The position numbers were made by a program, and so were the translations under genes. DNA of 64,000 nt, from IMG/VR virus record IMGVR_UViG_3300041964_000148; one strand, written 5' to 3'. Source of the stretch: a virus (taxonomy: Duplodnaviria > Caudoviricetes). The notes beneath the pieces were generated by a model, which searched no databases, was not told the DNA's origin, and worked only from the letters and a program-made list of their open reading frames with translations. Below, piece by piece: positions 29,185 through 38,653 of the stretch (its first letter is position 1; each line of letters begins with the position of its first letter).

Positions 29185-31467
29185 TTATCTCACGGGAACT
29201 CCCGTAAAAGAAATACCACCCATGCCTGGTTCTCTCTGATAGATTGCCGCGCTTACTAGCGAAAAACAAAGTGAATGGAACAGGTGATCAGGAGCACCTG
29301 GGGGTTCCAACCAAGTACCATCCGGCAATCTATCTGAACTCAATAAGTGTACAAATAAATTTGCATTATCCTTTGGGTTGTATGTAGTCCCAGCCGGAAG
29401 ATGCATTAGTCTTCGATAAATTTTGTCTCGCACCGCATCCAGCCCATAGGTTCTATCTAATACATAAACCGGAGCCAGATTTTCGCTGCCTTTAACTCGG
29501 CTACTATTTTTGGTACTTTTAATTTTCCTTAGGGTTCTGCGCCATTGATCACCCTTTAGCTTCATCTGATCAAATAAGTAAACCTGGAAGCGGTGTCCAT
29601 GCTTAACCTGCCCTGGTTGCCAATACTCATCCTCTGTCTCAAAAACAATAGATCCAGGTAGTTTTGACTGGAAGAAACGATCCACCTCCTTGATATCTAA
29701 GCTTCTTCCTGAAGCGGGGAAAAGCTTATATTCTGCACAATAAGTGCTTCCTGGTAAAATCCTATCTCCCTTCTCACTAAAAGCAGCCACCTTCCATCCA
29801 TATCTTTGTAGGTAAGGTTCAAAGATGGGGATAGCTTTGGGATTAGTAACCTTAGCTGTACAAAACTGTGAATACAAAGGGCGCTGCCCTGGCAAATGCT
29901 TCAAGGCAAAGTCAACAGCATTGTTCCACTCCGGCTCAGAATCCATACCAATGACATCAATATTAAATTTCTGAGCAAGGTATTCCAATTCATCAAAATC
30001 ACCAATCTGCCGCCAATCTACAACCTCCATTCGCCCATCCAGCCATTTAAAGTCTGGGTCTTGTGCATCAGAGAACCAGTACTTCGCTATAGTGAGCCAG
30101 TGAGAATATTTTCCAACATCTAACCCAGCGACAACAATGTCAGCTTCCCGTTCAAGAGGCACAGGTAAGCCCACACACGCCTGGAGTTGGGAGAGGGCAA
30201 TCTTTCCTCCACCAAGGCTGATTGCCTTGCCCAGCATCTCTTGGATTCCAAGGGCGGGGCGCTTTGTAGTCCACATAAACCTGATGCGTTCTACTGGATC
30301 AAACGTCCAACTAGCCAGCTTTGGTAGGTGCATGGCGACAGCTTCTCGCACCGCCTCTTGGTTCTCCAAAGTATGGCGATTAAGATCCTTCAGTGTCATT
30401 CCTGTGTTGGTACAGACGAACTCCCCTGCATCTAACGCTTCCTTTTCCAGTTCAATCTCACAATCTTGGCATCCAATGTATGCCGTTGCGATCGCCTCAT
30501 CTTTAGCGTGATCTTGTAACTGCCAATCCTCTACTTCTGGTGGATTATCCGAGTAATGGAACCACCTGAGAGGTCGTCCCATACGGTCTACATACCGTAT
30601 CTCAGTGATTCCATCCTCGGTCACTTCCACAGCCTTAAGAAAATTGCCGAAAGCATCTAGGAATTGGGTGCAGTTGCAGGTAGGACAGGTAACCTGCCAC
30701 TGGAAGATGTATTTAGCCTTCCGCACCTCGGTATCAACTAGCCCCCCTTCCATCGCGGGCGTACTACCTGCTCGTATCACTTTGGTTGCCCACCGAGATT
30801 GCCCGAATCGGGGAGCCAAGGCGTCTAGAATTCCGTTCCCGCATAAACCAAATTCATCCACGCAGGCAATACGAGTGGTAAACGAACGCAGTCCAGAGGC
30901 AGCCTGCTCGTCATCTTTGGAGGCTTCAACTTTGGAGTAGAAGAGTTCCAGCGGGACACCTGCCACAGTAATAGACTGCTTGGCGTCAATATCTTGGCGC
31001 TTGTAGATTCGTTGACTCTCTCTAGATAAGGCTTTGAGGGGTTCGCACTTATCAAATGCCACCTGGATGCGCTCACCTGCCATCTTGGTCATCTTGCGTT
31101 GTGCTTCAAATCCGAGGGCAATAGGCGATCGGAGGTAGGACAGAGAGAAGGCGCAGAGGGCGATCAAGATCTCACTGTAGCCGCATTGTGCTTGCTTCGA
31201 TATTATTAAGCGCTCTAGCCAAGGATTCGCGAAAACGAGCGCAAACTGATAATAAAAAGCCTCATCCCAACTTAATTTTTCCCCTGAATGGGTTCGGTAA
31301 TTCTTGCTAACCCAAGCAATAAACAGCTCTCCCCCCTTCTCGTACCACTCTTGAACGGCTAAGTCGCGCTTGGATGAGGTTTCTTCAATAAACTTGTCAC
31401 TCTCACTTTTATTACTCGTCTTGGCATTTTGAGCAACTTTGGTAACTGAACTAACTTTGTAAGCCAA
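29185..31467 (-). CDS. Terminase large subunit, lambda GpA family
   Basis: Walker A-like KQAQCGYSE, Walker B CVDE, GSTP, CPTC/CQDC Zn motifs, nuclease GLDVG and DHLFH. Confidence 0.85.
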   Translation of the reverse strand: MAYKVSSVTKVAQNAKTSNKSESDKFIEETSSKRDLAVQEWYEKGGELFIAWVSKNYRTHSGEKLSWDEAFYYQFALVFANPWLERLIISKQAQCGYSEILIALCAFSLSYLRSPIALGFEAQRKMTKMAGERIQVAFDKCEPLKALSRESQRIYKRQDIDAKQSITVAGVPLELFYSKVEASKDDEQAASGLRSFTTRIACVDEFGLCGNGILDALAPRFGQSRWATKVIRAGSTPAMEGGLVDTEVRKAKYIFQWQVTCPTCNCTQFLDAFGNFLKAVEVTEDGITEIRYVDRMGRPLRWFHYSDNPPEVEDWQLQDHAKDEAIATAYIGCQDCEIELEKEALDAGEFVCTNTGMTLKDLNRHTLENQEAVREAVAMHLPKLASWTFDPVERIRFMWTTKRPALGIQEMLGKAISLGGGKIALSQLQACVGLPVPLEREADIVVAGLDVGKYSHWLTIAKYWFSDAQDPDFKWLDGRMEVVDWRQIGDFDELEYLAQKFNIDVIGMDSEPEWNNAVDFALKHLPGQRPLYSQFCTAKVTNPKAIPIFEPYLQRYGWKVAAFSEKGDRILPGSTYCAEYKLFPASGRSLDIKEVDRFFQSKLPGSIVFETEDEYWQPGQVKHGHRFQVYLFDQMKLKGDQWRRTLRKIKSTKNSSRVKGSENLAPVYVLDRTYGLDAVRDKIYRRLMHLPAGTTYNPKDNANLFVHLLSSDRLPDGTWLEPPGAPDHLFHSLCFSLVSAAIYQREPGMGGISFTGVPVR

Positions 31468-31575
31468 CGTCTACAGCCTTTATAGCACAAGGATTCTACG
31501 GTACAATACTAAGATACCCCCAGTTCTACTTTCGACGGGAAAACTGAGGGCAACCACCAAAAAGAAAGGCAGTAT

Positions 31576-32316
31576 ATGGCTATTTTAGATTGGGAACGCT
31601 TTCATGCGCTACCTCCCCGCTCTGGGTTAACCGTGGTGTGCCAGTGCGATCAGTGTGGTCAGGAAATAAACGTACAAAAGTATAAGCTTTACAGTTTCTA
31701 CAAAGATGGCAGGATGAATTTCTACAAATCTGGGGAAGAGCCGCCAGAATTCTGTCCTAACTACAAAAGCTGCAAAGAATGCGCTAAGGGGCTCAATAAA
31801 GGTAGCAAAAGGAAACCTTTATCATCTGAAGCCAAGGAAGTACTAAGGAAGTACTGGACAGGGAGAAGAGTGGGTTCTAATCACCCGTCATGGAACCCTG
31901 ATCGTGAGGCAGTTGAGCGCAAGGCTAGAACCAAGAAGACAGCCAAGAATCTTATCTGGAACGCAATTATTCGTTGCAAACAGAAGAAAACTGATCGCAC
32001 ACACAAACTCTTAGGATACTCAGCAGAAGAATTGGTCAACCACCTCGAATCGCAGTTTACCGAGGGCATGGCTTGGGAAAACATCGCGGTTGACCACCGC
32101 ATCCCGGTAAAGGCATTCATTGACCACGACATTGTAGATATGTCGATCATCAATCACCTGAGCAACCTGCAACCACTGTTTCGAGTGGACAATCTGAGGA
32201 AGGGCGATCGCTACCTCGAAGAAGATTTCCAAACCTACATGGCCCGGTTCTCCGACTTAATCACTGAAGCCTCAGCCTGTAAATACGAGCAACTTTCGTT
32301 TCTCGACTTGCTGTAA
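31576..32316 (+). CDS. Free-standing HNH endonuclease
   Basis: LGYS.EEL..HLESQFTEGM.WEN, VDHRIP...NHLSNLQPL...DNLRK, and N-terminal CxxC motifs. Confidence 0.85.
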   Translation: MAILDWERFHALPPRSGLTVVCQCDQCGQEINVQKYKLYSFYKDGRMNFYKSGEEPPEFCPNYKSCKECAKGLNKGSKRKPLSSEAKEVLRKYWTGRRVGSNHPSWNPDREAVERKARTKKTAKNLIWNAIIRCKQKKTDRTHKLLGYSAEELVNHLESQFTEGMAWENIAVDHRIPVKAFIDHDIVDMSIINHLSNLQPLFRVDNLRKGDRYLEEDFQTYMARFSDLITEASACKYEQLSFLDLL

Positions 32317-32328
32317 GCTACCAAAGAG

Positions 32329-32364
32329 AAGCCCCCTAGATCTTGTTAGATCTAGGGGGCTTTT
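32329..32364. terminator. Bidirectional terminator
   Basis: AAGCCCCCTAGATCT/AGATCTAGGGGGCTT; a near-identical hairpin lies at 34407-34443. Confidence 0.75.
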
Positions 32365-32366
32365 CA

Positions 32367-33161
32367 TCACGAAGATACGTAATTTGCCCCAGACTGTTGA
32401 ATTTTATCGGCTAGCCAATCATCGCCCTCGAACGTATTCCAGATAGGCTCCAAGTTCTCTCCTATCCCAGGAAGGAAAATACCGTCCTCCTTCTCTGGTC
32501 GAACGTATTTAGTTAAAAAGTCAACAACCCAGTGGCGATCTTTACCTTTCTTCTTGTCTATTTTGTTGAAGCGTTCAACGCGCCAAATAGCGCCTTCAAC
32601 AGGATCTATTGCGCCATGTCCTGAGGTAGAGATTGCCTCAATAGCCGACTCGACACTAAGAGGATCACCCATCTGGATTAGTCTTGGCATCACGAACAAT
32701 CCGCCCACTCGCTTATCAAATTCTTCAAAATTGAGGCGAGTACAATTGCCTGACATAATGTCAAAAGCGACAAAAGGTTCGTGAGGCAATGCGTATCTCG
32801 TGCTGTGGGCTTGGATCAGCCATTCCCCACACAGACGCTCACCTTCACCCAATACTTCAAGAAATCGCTCCTGATGAAAAAATACCCATTCAGCGAACAG
32901 AGAGTGCTGTAGGTAGGGAGAGGTGGAGGCTAGGAAGCCTAATCGCTGAACGGGATGGATTTTGCCATCTAGCTTTAAAACACCTGTGTTACTACCATCG
33001 AGCTTCTCCTGGATCAGTATTCGGTCATACTCATCTCTCGCTTTCTCGGTAGCTATCCTTTGCATTCCATCATTGATCTTGCGATCGCCTGTTCCCATCC
33101 GGGAACCTTGGATGTGACCGATGGAACCGTAGTTCTTCCCTTCAAGTATTTTCGATTGCAT
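32367..33161 (-). CDS. ATP-dependent RNA ligase family protein
   Basis: Nucleotidyltransferase motifs EKLDGSN, GEWL, FVAFDI, EGAIWR and KYV. Confidence 0.85.
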   Translation of the reverse strand: MQSKILEGKNYGSIGHIQGSRMGTGDRKINDGMQRIATEKARDEYDRILIQEKLDGSNTGVLKLDGKIHPVQRLGFLASTSPYLQHSLFAEWVFFHQERFLEVLGEGERLCGEWLIQAHSTRYALPHEPFVAFDIMSGNCTRLNFEEFDKRVGGLFVMPRLIQMGDPLSVESAIEAISTSGHGAIDPVEGAIWRVERFNKIDKKKGKDRHWVVDFLTKYVRPEKEDGIFLPGIGENLEPIWNTFEGDDWLADKIQQSGANYVSS

Positions 33162-33221
33162 AATTTCTCCTTAATGTGCCTATAAGTTATTGAGACTGGT
33201 GGGCGAAAGAGAGCGATCGCA

Positions 33222-33443
33222 CTACCTGAGCGTTACCTCCTTAATATCCTTATTCTCAAGGCGTACGCCAGCAGTTAATTTTCTAGCTCTTGCACTCATT
33301 TCTTGAGTATAAGGAACTAGTTTGGATTTATTGCCCAGGGCATCATTAACAAGAAAATCGAGAAACCGTCTCATTATTTGTGGCTCATACCAATCATCTC
33401 CTTGATGTTGGTCAACTAGAGGTCTTTGTTGTTTATCTTTCAT
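33222..33443 (-). CDS. Small protein resembling the C-terminal half of PrlF-type antitoxins
   Basis: IMRRFLDFLVNDAL.N..KLVPYTQEM......LTAGV. Confidence 0.55.
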   Translation of the reverse strand: MKDKQQRPLVDQHQGDDWYEPQIMRRFLDFLVNDALGNKSKLVPYTQEMSARARKLTAGVRLENKDIKEVTLR

Positions 33444-33468
33444 GCTAATTACAACAGTTTTATTGCAC

Positions 33469-33882
33469 TTACCTGAACGTTACCTCCTTAACATCCTTGA
33501 CACCATTGTTATCCTTCAGGAGTAAAACCTTGGTTCCAGCCTTGCGTTCATTCCAAAAAAAATATTCTGTAGCGATCGATCTTCTCAGGGTTTCATTTAG
33601 GTTAAGATGTCGTTCTGCTATGAGAATATTCAAGACTTTAATTAAATCCTGAGAGAAAGTAACCTCAAAATCCTGGGTTGCTGGCTGGGCATCTCCTTGG
33701 TACGCCCGTTCTAGCTGAAGGAAGGTAGTCGCAACATCTTCTGTGGATGCTAGCGGATACATATCCAAAGTCTGGGCAAACTTGAGTATTGCTTCCTTAA
33801 ACACTTCCGGTACCCGGATAGCTGTCGTGGGGAGGTTGTTCCACTTTGGGTTTTCTTGTCTTAGGTTGTCAATGTTGGGCAT
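33469..33882 (-). CDS. RHH/CopG-like DNA-binding protein
   Basis: PKWNNLPTTAIRVPE and VTFSQDL...LNETLRRSI. Confidence 0.6.
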   Translation of the reverse strand: MPNIDNLRQENPKWNNLPTTAIRVPEVFKEAILKFAQTLDMYPLASTEDVATTFLQLERAYQGDAQPATQDFEVTFSQDLIKVLNILIAERHLNLNETLRRSIATEYFFWNERKAGTKVLLLKDNNGVKDVKEVTFR

Positions 33883-33931
33883 GGTTCTTACCTATAGGGA
33901 CTCAATCCCCAGTGTACACTCGATCCCACTC

Positions 33932-34336
33932 TTATTGGTTTGACTGAAGTAGCGACTTGCCTGCACCAGCAGGTTTCTCGACTTGCATTGTTATCCCAGG
34001 TTCGGGGAGATCTTCTTTATCCAAGTCCTCGCAGAGGATGCTAACTGCATTTGCTGGTAGGTTTGAGAATGGAACCATAACTTTAAATATAGAACCACTT
34101 TCCGTGTGTTCAAAAGCACTTCTTACATCAATTCTTCCATCCAAAAACGACTGGAGTCTTTCTGGTGACACTGGGGCATACAAGAATGTATCCCCTTCCT
34201 CCAGTCTGTCCACCCAGACAGCGATGAACATCTGACCTTCTTGATTTTCGCAGGAAAACAAAGAAGGTTGATCGTAGTAAATGTAAGTTGATAGGAGTCT
34301 AAGATGCCCTAGTGTTGAATGCAGTGGTAGGCTCAT
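33932..34336 (-). CDS. DUF6575-like hypothetical protein
   Basis: YYDQP.LFSC, FIAVW, LYAPVS.ERL. Start reassigned to ATG 34336, after the AGCAAAATC leader. Confidence 0.55.
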   Translation of the reverse strand: MSLPLHSTLGHLRLLSTYIYYDQPSLFSCENQEGQMFIAVWVDRLEEGDTFLYAPVSPERLQSFLDGRIDVRSAFEHTESGSIFKVMVPFSNLPANAVSILCEDLDKEDLPEPGITMQVEKPAGAGKSLLQSNQ

Positions 34337-34473
34337 GATTTTGCTCAATGACTATGCTGTCATGTTACTACATATGGCAGAGAGGACAGGAAGCGATCGC
34401 CTCCAACAAAAACCCCTAGATCCTATGGATCTAGGGGTTTTTCTGTATATCGCGGGATCTGTCAATCAGTCAT

Positions 34474-34887
34474 CTAGATAAGTCCATTAGCCTTACAATA
34501 CGCCCAATAGGGATGACTCTTCTCGGCTATTTTCTTTTCGATAATCGCTGCCCACTCGTGTTCATTCATCAATTTACACGCCTCATTGGTATTGCTCTTA
34601 TAAAGATCTGAGAATGGTATTTCTACATACCGATCTCGTTCATCGGGGTCTATCTCGCCTCCTTTGTACTTAAAGAGGTGCTTGTTTGGCTCAACAGAGA
34701 TTCCATAAAAGCTATAGCCCTTAACCAAGTCTTGCCATCGGTCAGGATAGCGAAGGAATAGGTAAGACACAAGATATTCCCATGTGTGGATACCTTCAAG
34801 TGACTCAAACGGGGGACATCGGTAGTCTTCTTGTGGAAATATGACCGCATCTTTTTCTTCGTTGACCTCAAACTCCACAAGAAGCAA
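34474..34887 (-). CDS. Hypothetical protein (start uncertain)
   Basis: Coding-like composition, with a terminator downstream. Confidence 0.5.
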   Translation of the reverse strand: MLLVEFEVNEEKDAVIFPQEDYRCPPFESLEGIHTWEYLVSYLFLRYPDRWQDLVKGYSFYGISVEPNKHLFKYKGGEIDPDERDRYVEIPFSDLYKSNTNEACKLMNEHEWAAIIEKKIAEKSHPYWAYCKANGLI

Positions 34888-35209
34888 GGCGGAGGGCTAG
34901 CGAAAAGCCCTGGTGACCCCAGAAATGCACGAGAGGGGATACCCCTCTCAGGACTCTCCCCGCGCCAGTTTTTCCGAACGGCTCTCCAGGTATTTAGGCA
35001 AGATTGGGAGGAATCATCGTCGAGCCGTTCCGATCGTTTCACTAAAACTGGCTTAACTACCGTGTAATACACGAGCAATCAACATAGTTCTGTTGTAGGC
35101 TACATTAAGTGCGACCGCGTTAAGCTGCAATAGCTAAAAACTCTTTAATACCTATTTTAAGAACACACTAGGGCTATTTATCAAGTTATGATAGAAGCAC
35201 AGAAAAACG

Positions 35210-35278
35210 TGGACGGTAGGAGAATTGAACTCCCCAGGGATAGCTGTCAAGACCTCCGCTGGTAACCATACACCGCCC
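35210..35278 (-). ncRNA. 69-nt tRNA-like RNA with G3-U70 and A73 (atypical tRNA or tmRNA tRNA-like domain)
   Basis: Acceptor stem GGGCGGT/ACCGTCC plus A, T-arm GGGAG-TTCAATT-CTCCT, reduced D region, imperfect central arm with loop CTTGACA. Confidence 0.6.
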
Positions 35279-35283
35279 ATGTT

Positions 35284-35321
35284 TAACTAAGCGACAGCAA
35301 TCGATTGCTGTCGCTTAGTTA
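35284..35321. repeat. Perfect 38-bp palindrome
   Basis: TAACTAAGCGACAGCAATC|GATTGCTGTCGCTTAGTTA. Confidence 0.95.
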
Positions 35322-35494
35322 TTAGATTTTTGGAATATTGAACAAACTGTGTAAACGACAAACTGAACCAGGGTCCAAGTTTATTTTCTCGCTTGTCTGA
35401 CAAATGTCTATTGCAATTTCCTTATCCCCAAATTAGCGCAACTTTTCCTAGATTGCAAGTAAAAATCCTTTTGTTACAATGCCAAAATTAATAA

Positions 35495-35830
35495 TTATCT
35501 AGGTATTTTTAAGTAATTCAATAAAGCTTCTAGCGCCCGCTTGACTGCACCTTTGTCTTTGCCTTTTCTAGTTATTTCTGAGTTATTTACAATCGATTCA
35601 GCGGCTGCAATTAACTGATTAAAATTAAGAGAATCAGTAGTCAATGCCTCTTGATCAAAAGCTCCATTTTGAGCCATTTGCTCAATTAAGTCTGCTTTTG
35701 TAATCTGCTGTATCTCTGCTGCATAGCCTATCTTTTCCCAAGTTTCATCTGTTAGACGAATACTTCTAACATGGCGATAATCCTGTGACTTAGGAGCAAA
35801 TTGTCCACTTTCTGTTCTATCTTGATTCAT
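35495..35830 (-). CDS. CopG/RHH-like plasmid regulator
   Basis: VRSIRLTDETWEKI...ITKADLIE; overlaps the rep stop by 1 nt. Confidence 0.7.
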   Translation of the reverse strand: MNQDRTESGQFAPKSQDYRHVRSIRLTDETWEKIGYAAEIQQITKADLIEQMAQNGAFDQEALTTDSLNFNQLIAAAESIVNNSEITRKGKDKGAVKRALEALLNYLKIPR

Positions 35831-36876
35831 TAGTTTAGTGCCGTGTAATACACGGTTTGTAGTATTTCAAAGTAACTTTTTTTGTGGCGCTGCCATTCAA
35901 AGTAGAGATGCCCTTCATCAATAGAGTCTTCATCGCTGTTTTTTCCTACCAAGTCTTCTGGCTCTTGTTCTAAGGCTTTTAGGTAAGACCGTAAAACGCC
36001 GCCAACTGCTACAGTCTTGGTATTATGTAACTGCCGACTTAATTCTAAAAAGAACTCGCGGTTATATATCATGTCAGACTCTTTCACCTGATATTTTAAT
36101 ATCTCAGGGACAATCTTAATTGGATTGTGTTTCTTATGAATTGCTTTAACATGACACCTTGGATAATAATCCAACCGAGCGCATTGTTTCCAAAGCTCAA
36201 CCCACTTCTCTTGAGAAAGGTAGCTAGCCCCAAAGTAACTAGGAGGAACCATGAGTAGGCAATGGAAATGAGGATGTGCATTACCATCTTTGCCATGCGT
36301 CACTTCTACAGATTTAATCCAACCATCAGCAGGATAAATCTTAAGCTGGGTCAGACGCTGGAATGCTTGGTTCATTGACTTGAGAGTTTCCCTTAGTTCG
36401 GTAACAGGGCAATTCTTAATTGTTAGAGTTAAGAACAGCCAGCGGTGCTTAGGAAAGTCTTTTACTACCCTCGGAATGATTTTATAAGCTTTAGCCTTCC
36501 ACATCATTGAGCGCCGCCATTGGCAAACACAACAATGTCTGACTCTACAAAATCTAGCTGATGACAGTTTTAGTTTGAGAACTCCTTCTTCAAGATCTGG
36601 TGTTAATTTAAAATCTAACAACTCAGAGCAAAAGTGAATCCTCTTTGCATAATCGTCAAATTCAGTTCCTCTATAATGGGTTGCAATTTTATCGCTGTTA
36701 GCTCGATGTTCGTCCCATACTTTATCTCTTTCTGATAGATCAGATAAACGTGCTGCTTCTGTGGGCTGGACAGATTCGCCTGTTAGAGGTAAATTGAGGA
36801 TGTAGCTCTGGTCTGTTTCATGCCCAGACACAAAAAAGCCCCCCTGGTATCTAATTGGTTGTGTGGTAACTCCCAA
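35830..36876 (-). CDS. rep: Rolling-circle replication initiator, Rep_1 (pC194 type); start uncertain
   Basis: FCRVRHCCVCQWRRS, FLTLT (motif 1), HPHFHCLL (HUH), EILKYQVK (catalytic Tyr). Confidence 0.92.
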   Translation of the reverse strand: MGVTTQPIRYQGGFFVSGHETDQSYILNLPLTGESVQPTEAARLSDLSERDKVWDEHRANSDKIATHYRGTEFDDYAKRIHFCSELLDFKLTPDLEEGVLKLKLSSARFCRVRHCCVCQWRRSMMWKAKAYKIIPRVVKDFPKHRWLFLTLTIKNCPVTELRETLKSMNQAFQRLTQLKIYPADGWIKSVEVTHGKDGNAHPHFHCLLMVPPSYFGASYLSQEKWVELWKQCARLDYYPRCHVKAIHKKHNPIKIVPEILKYQVKESDMIYNREFFLELSRQLHNTKTVAVGGVLRSYLKALEQEPEDLVGKNSDEDSIDEGHLYFEWQRHKKSYFEILQTVYYTALN

Positions 36877-36892
36877 TCTACCAGGGGGTTTT
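36835..36892 (-). promoter_or_regulatory. Hairpin over the 5' region of rep (terminator or attenuator)
   Basis: CCCCCTGGTA...TACCAGGGGG arms flanked by A and T runs. Confidence 0.5.
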
Positions 36893-36940
36893 AATTTTTG
36901 TCAATTGACAAAGACGTTAAAACTATTAAATTTGAGCATT

Positions 36941-37273
36941 TCAGTCATTGTAATGAAATCTACATTGCAAAAGCTCAATTTTGCCCTTGTCAACTTTATA
37001 CACAAATCGATTAGCTTCATCAATTTTTCTTGACCATAAACCAGAACCTTCATGTCTTAAAGCTTCTGGCTTACCTATTCCTTCAAAAGGGTTTTTCAAT
37101 GTGCTTTCAATCAAGTCCAAAATTTTTTTTAAAGTTTTAGAGTCTTGACGTGACCAGTATTGGCACTGTTCTAAAAACTTTGGAGTTAAAACAAGCTCAA
37201 AAGTTGTTTTTTCTTTAGCTAGTTGAGTAGAGGTAGAAGCTTCTTTTTGAGATTCATTCTTCTTCTTCTTCAA
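36941..37273 (-). CDS. yoeB: Txe/YoeB family toxin
   Basis: YW...D.KTLKKI..LI......PFEGIGKPEAL.....GLWSRKID..NR.VY.V......LLQCRFHY. Confidence 0.92.
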   Translation of the reverse strand: MKKKKNESQKEASTSTQLAKEKTTFELVLTPKFLEQCQYWSRQDSKTLKKILDLIESTLKNPFEGIGKPEALRHEGSGLWSRKIDEANRFVYKVDKGKIELLQCRFHYND

Positions 37274-38597
37274 AGCCTAGCTCCTCACGCAATTCATCTA
37301 ATGTCATTGCCCGTCCTTTTCCTTCTTCTATTTCTTGCAATGCAGACTTTAAGATAATTGCATTCTTTTCTGAAAGATTAAAAAGATAATCTGTTTCATC
37401 AATGCCACCTATATCTTCTCTGTCTTTATCTCTTGCAGCAGCGCCGAACACAGAATAAGCAAACCGATGAGCCAATCTTACATAGTCGTTGTGTGATTTG
37501 ATTGTGTTTAATAGTAAGGTATTAAACGCATCCTCTTCAAAAGGCTCATTTAGTAAAAGTTCACTGTTCTTAATTTCTCCAGAAGCTAGCTCTGCCTCAA
37601 CTTTAAAAAGAACTCCATTTTTTTTCTCTTCTGGACTTAATTCAAGTTCGGCTTTTTGAAGCTTTTTTTCGATGATAGCTTGAGCCTTAAGAACAAACTC
37701 TTGACGCATTTTTATTGGGCAATAAGCCCAGTATTGTTCAACAACCTCCAAAAGCAATTCATAACCTCGTACAGTTAATGAATAAGCTTTTGCAATCTCA
37801 TCTATAAAGCGTATAGCGTCAGAAGCAGTGGGATTTGTAAATTGTAAAACTTTATTACTGCTTTGATTAATTTGATTACCTAATTGCTTGAACAAATAAG
37901 AAGCAATTTTTACTTTGCTATCCAAAATTAAGAGGATGGCATCTACCTCTAGCTTGCTTCTGCCTTTTGCTGCTGCTAGTTCAGCTTTAAAATCATGCTG
38001 TGCTCCTTCTGAACATTCAAAAATGAGGCAGCTTTCCAAATCAACAAATACAACGTCTTCAATGCCTTTCACACGTTGTTCCTCTATAAACAGACAGTAA
38101 ATTGGTAGCTTAGTATGCGCTCTTGCCCGATATGCACTTCTATATCCTTGCACAGCCTTCTCTAATGCGATCGAAAGCCACCCGATCGCCACACCACCAA
38201 CTGCCCCAACAACCAGCAACTGCAACCAGTCTGGAGCCAAAAGCAGCAGCTCCAGTCCTGCCAGCGAGAACATCTTTGTTTCGCTAGGTTTTGCAGTTCT
38301 TTTATATTCATTTTCGTCTGTATCCCATACAGTGAGCGAGTTGCACTGATGCTGACGCATCAGAGAACTCCCTAAGTATTCGAGGTCATCATCACTTACT
38401 AACTGTTCTGCAATGGTCTTCAGAAACAACCAAAACCATTTTGGTTCCTCATCCTCGGCGTAATGGTAAGGGGACAGGGAACGGAAGAAGTCAAGTGCAA
38501 CCTGCAATCCTTCTTCGTCGCCTGACCAGAATGATTTGATATGGTTTTCATCAATCTGAACAGACTTGATCAACTTAACGGCGATGGATTTTGTCAT
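37254..38597 (-). CDS. Large protein ending in a YefM/Axe-like toxin-binding tail
   Basis: C-terminal DETDYLF.LS..NA..L..A..EIEEGK....TLDEL, overlapping the yoeB start. Internal TM segment. Start reassigned to ATG 38597. Confidence 0.6.
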   Translation of the reverse strand: MTKSIAVKLIKSVQIDENHIKSFWSGDEEGLQVALDFFRSLSPYHYAEDEEPKWFWLFLKTIAEQLVSDDDLEYLGSSLMRQHQCNSLTVWDTDENEYKRTAKPSETKMFSLAGLELLLLAPDWLQLLVVGAVGGVAIGWLSIALEKAVQGYRSAYRARAHTKLPIYCLFIEEQRVKGIEDVVFVDLESCLIFECSEGAQHDFKAELAAAKGRSKLEVDAILLILDSKVKIASYLFKQLGNQINQSSNKVLQFTNPTASDAIRFIDEIAKAYSLTVRGYELLLEVVEQYWAYCPIKMRQEFVLKAQAIIEKKLQKAELELSPEEKKNGVLFKVEAELASGEIKNSELLLNEPFEEDAFNTLLLNTIKSHNDYVRLAHRFAYSVFGAAARDKDREDIGGIDETDYLFNLSEKNAIILKSALQEIEEGKGRAMTLDELREELGFEEEEE

Positions 38598-38653
38598 GAT
38601 TTTGCTTTGCGTGTACATATTACTATGTTATCACATTCAATCCACCGAGATTA

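Noticed and set aside
29189-29206. TCACGGGAACTCCCGT as a tenth copy of the 16-bp element
   Set aside because: The core and spacing differ, and it lies in terL coding sequence.
34650-35078. Overlapping ORFs 34650-35078(-) and 34831-35067(+)
   Set aside because: Conflicting frames, no motifs and no clear start signals.
35790-35830. RTESGQFA in the CopG-like protein resembles the RDESGRFA leader
   Set aside because: It lacks KEYxAxWL and the rest of the leader; a short motif in a different context.
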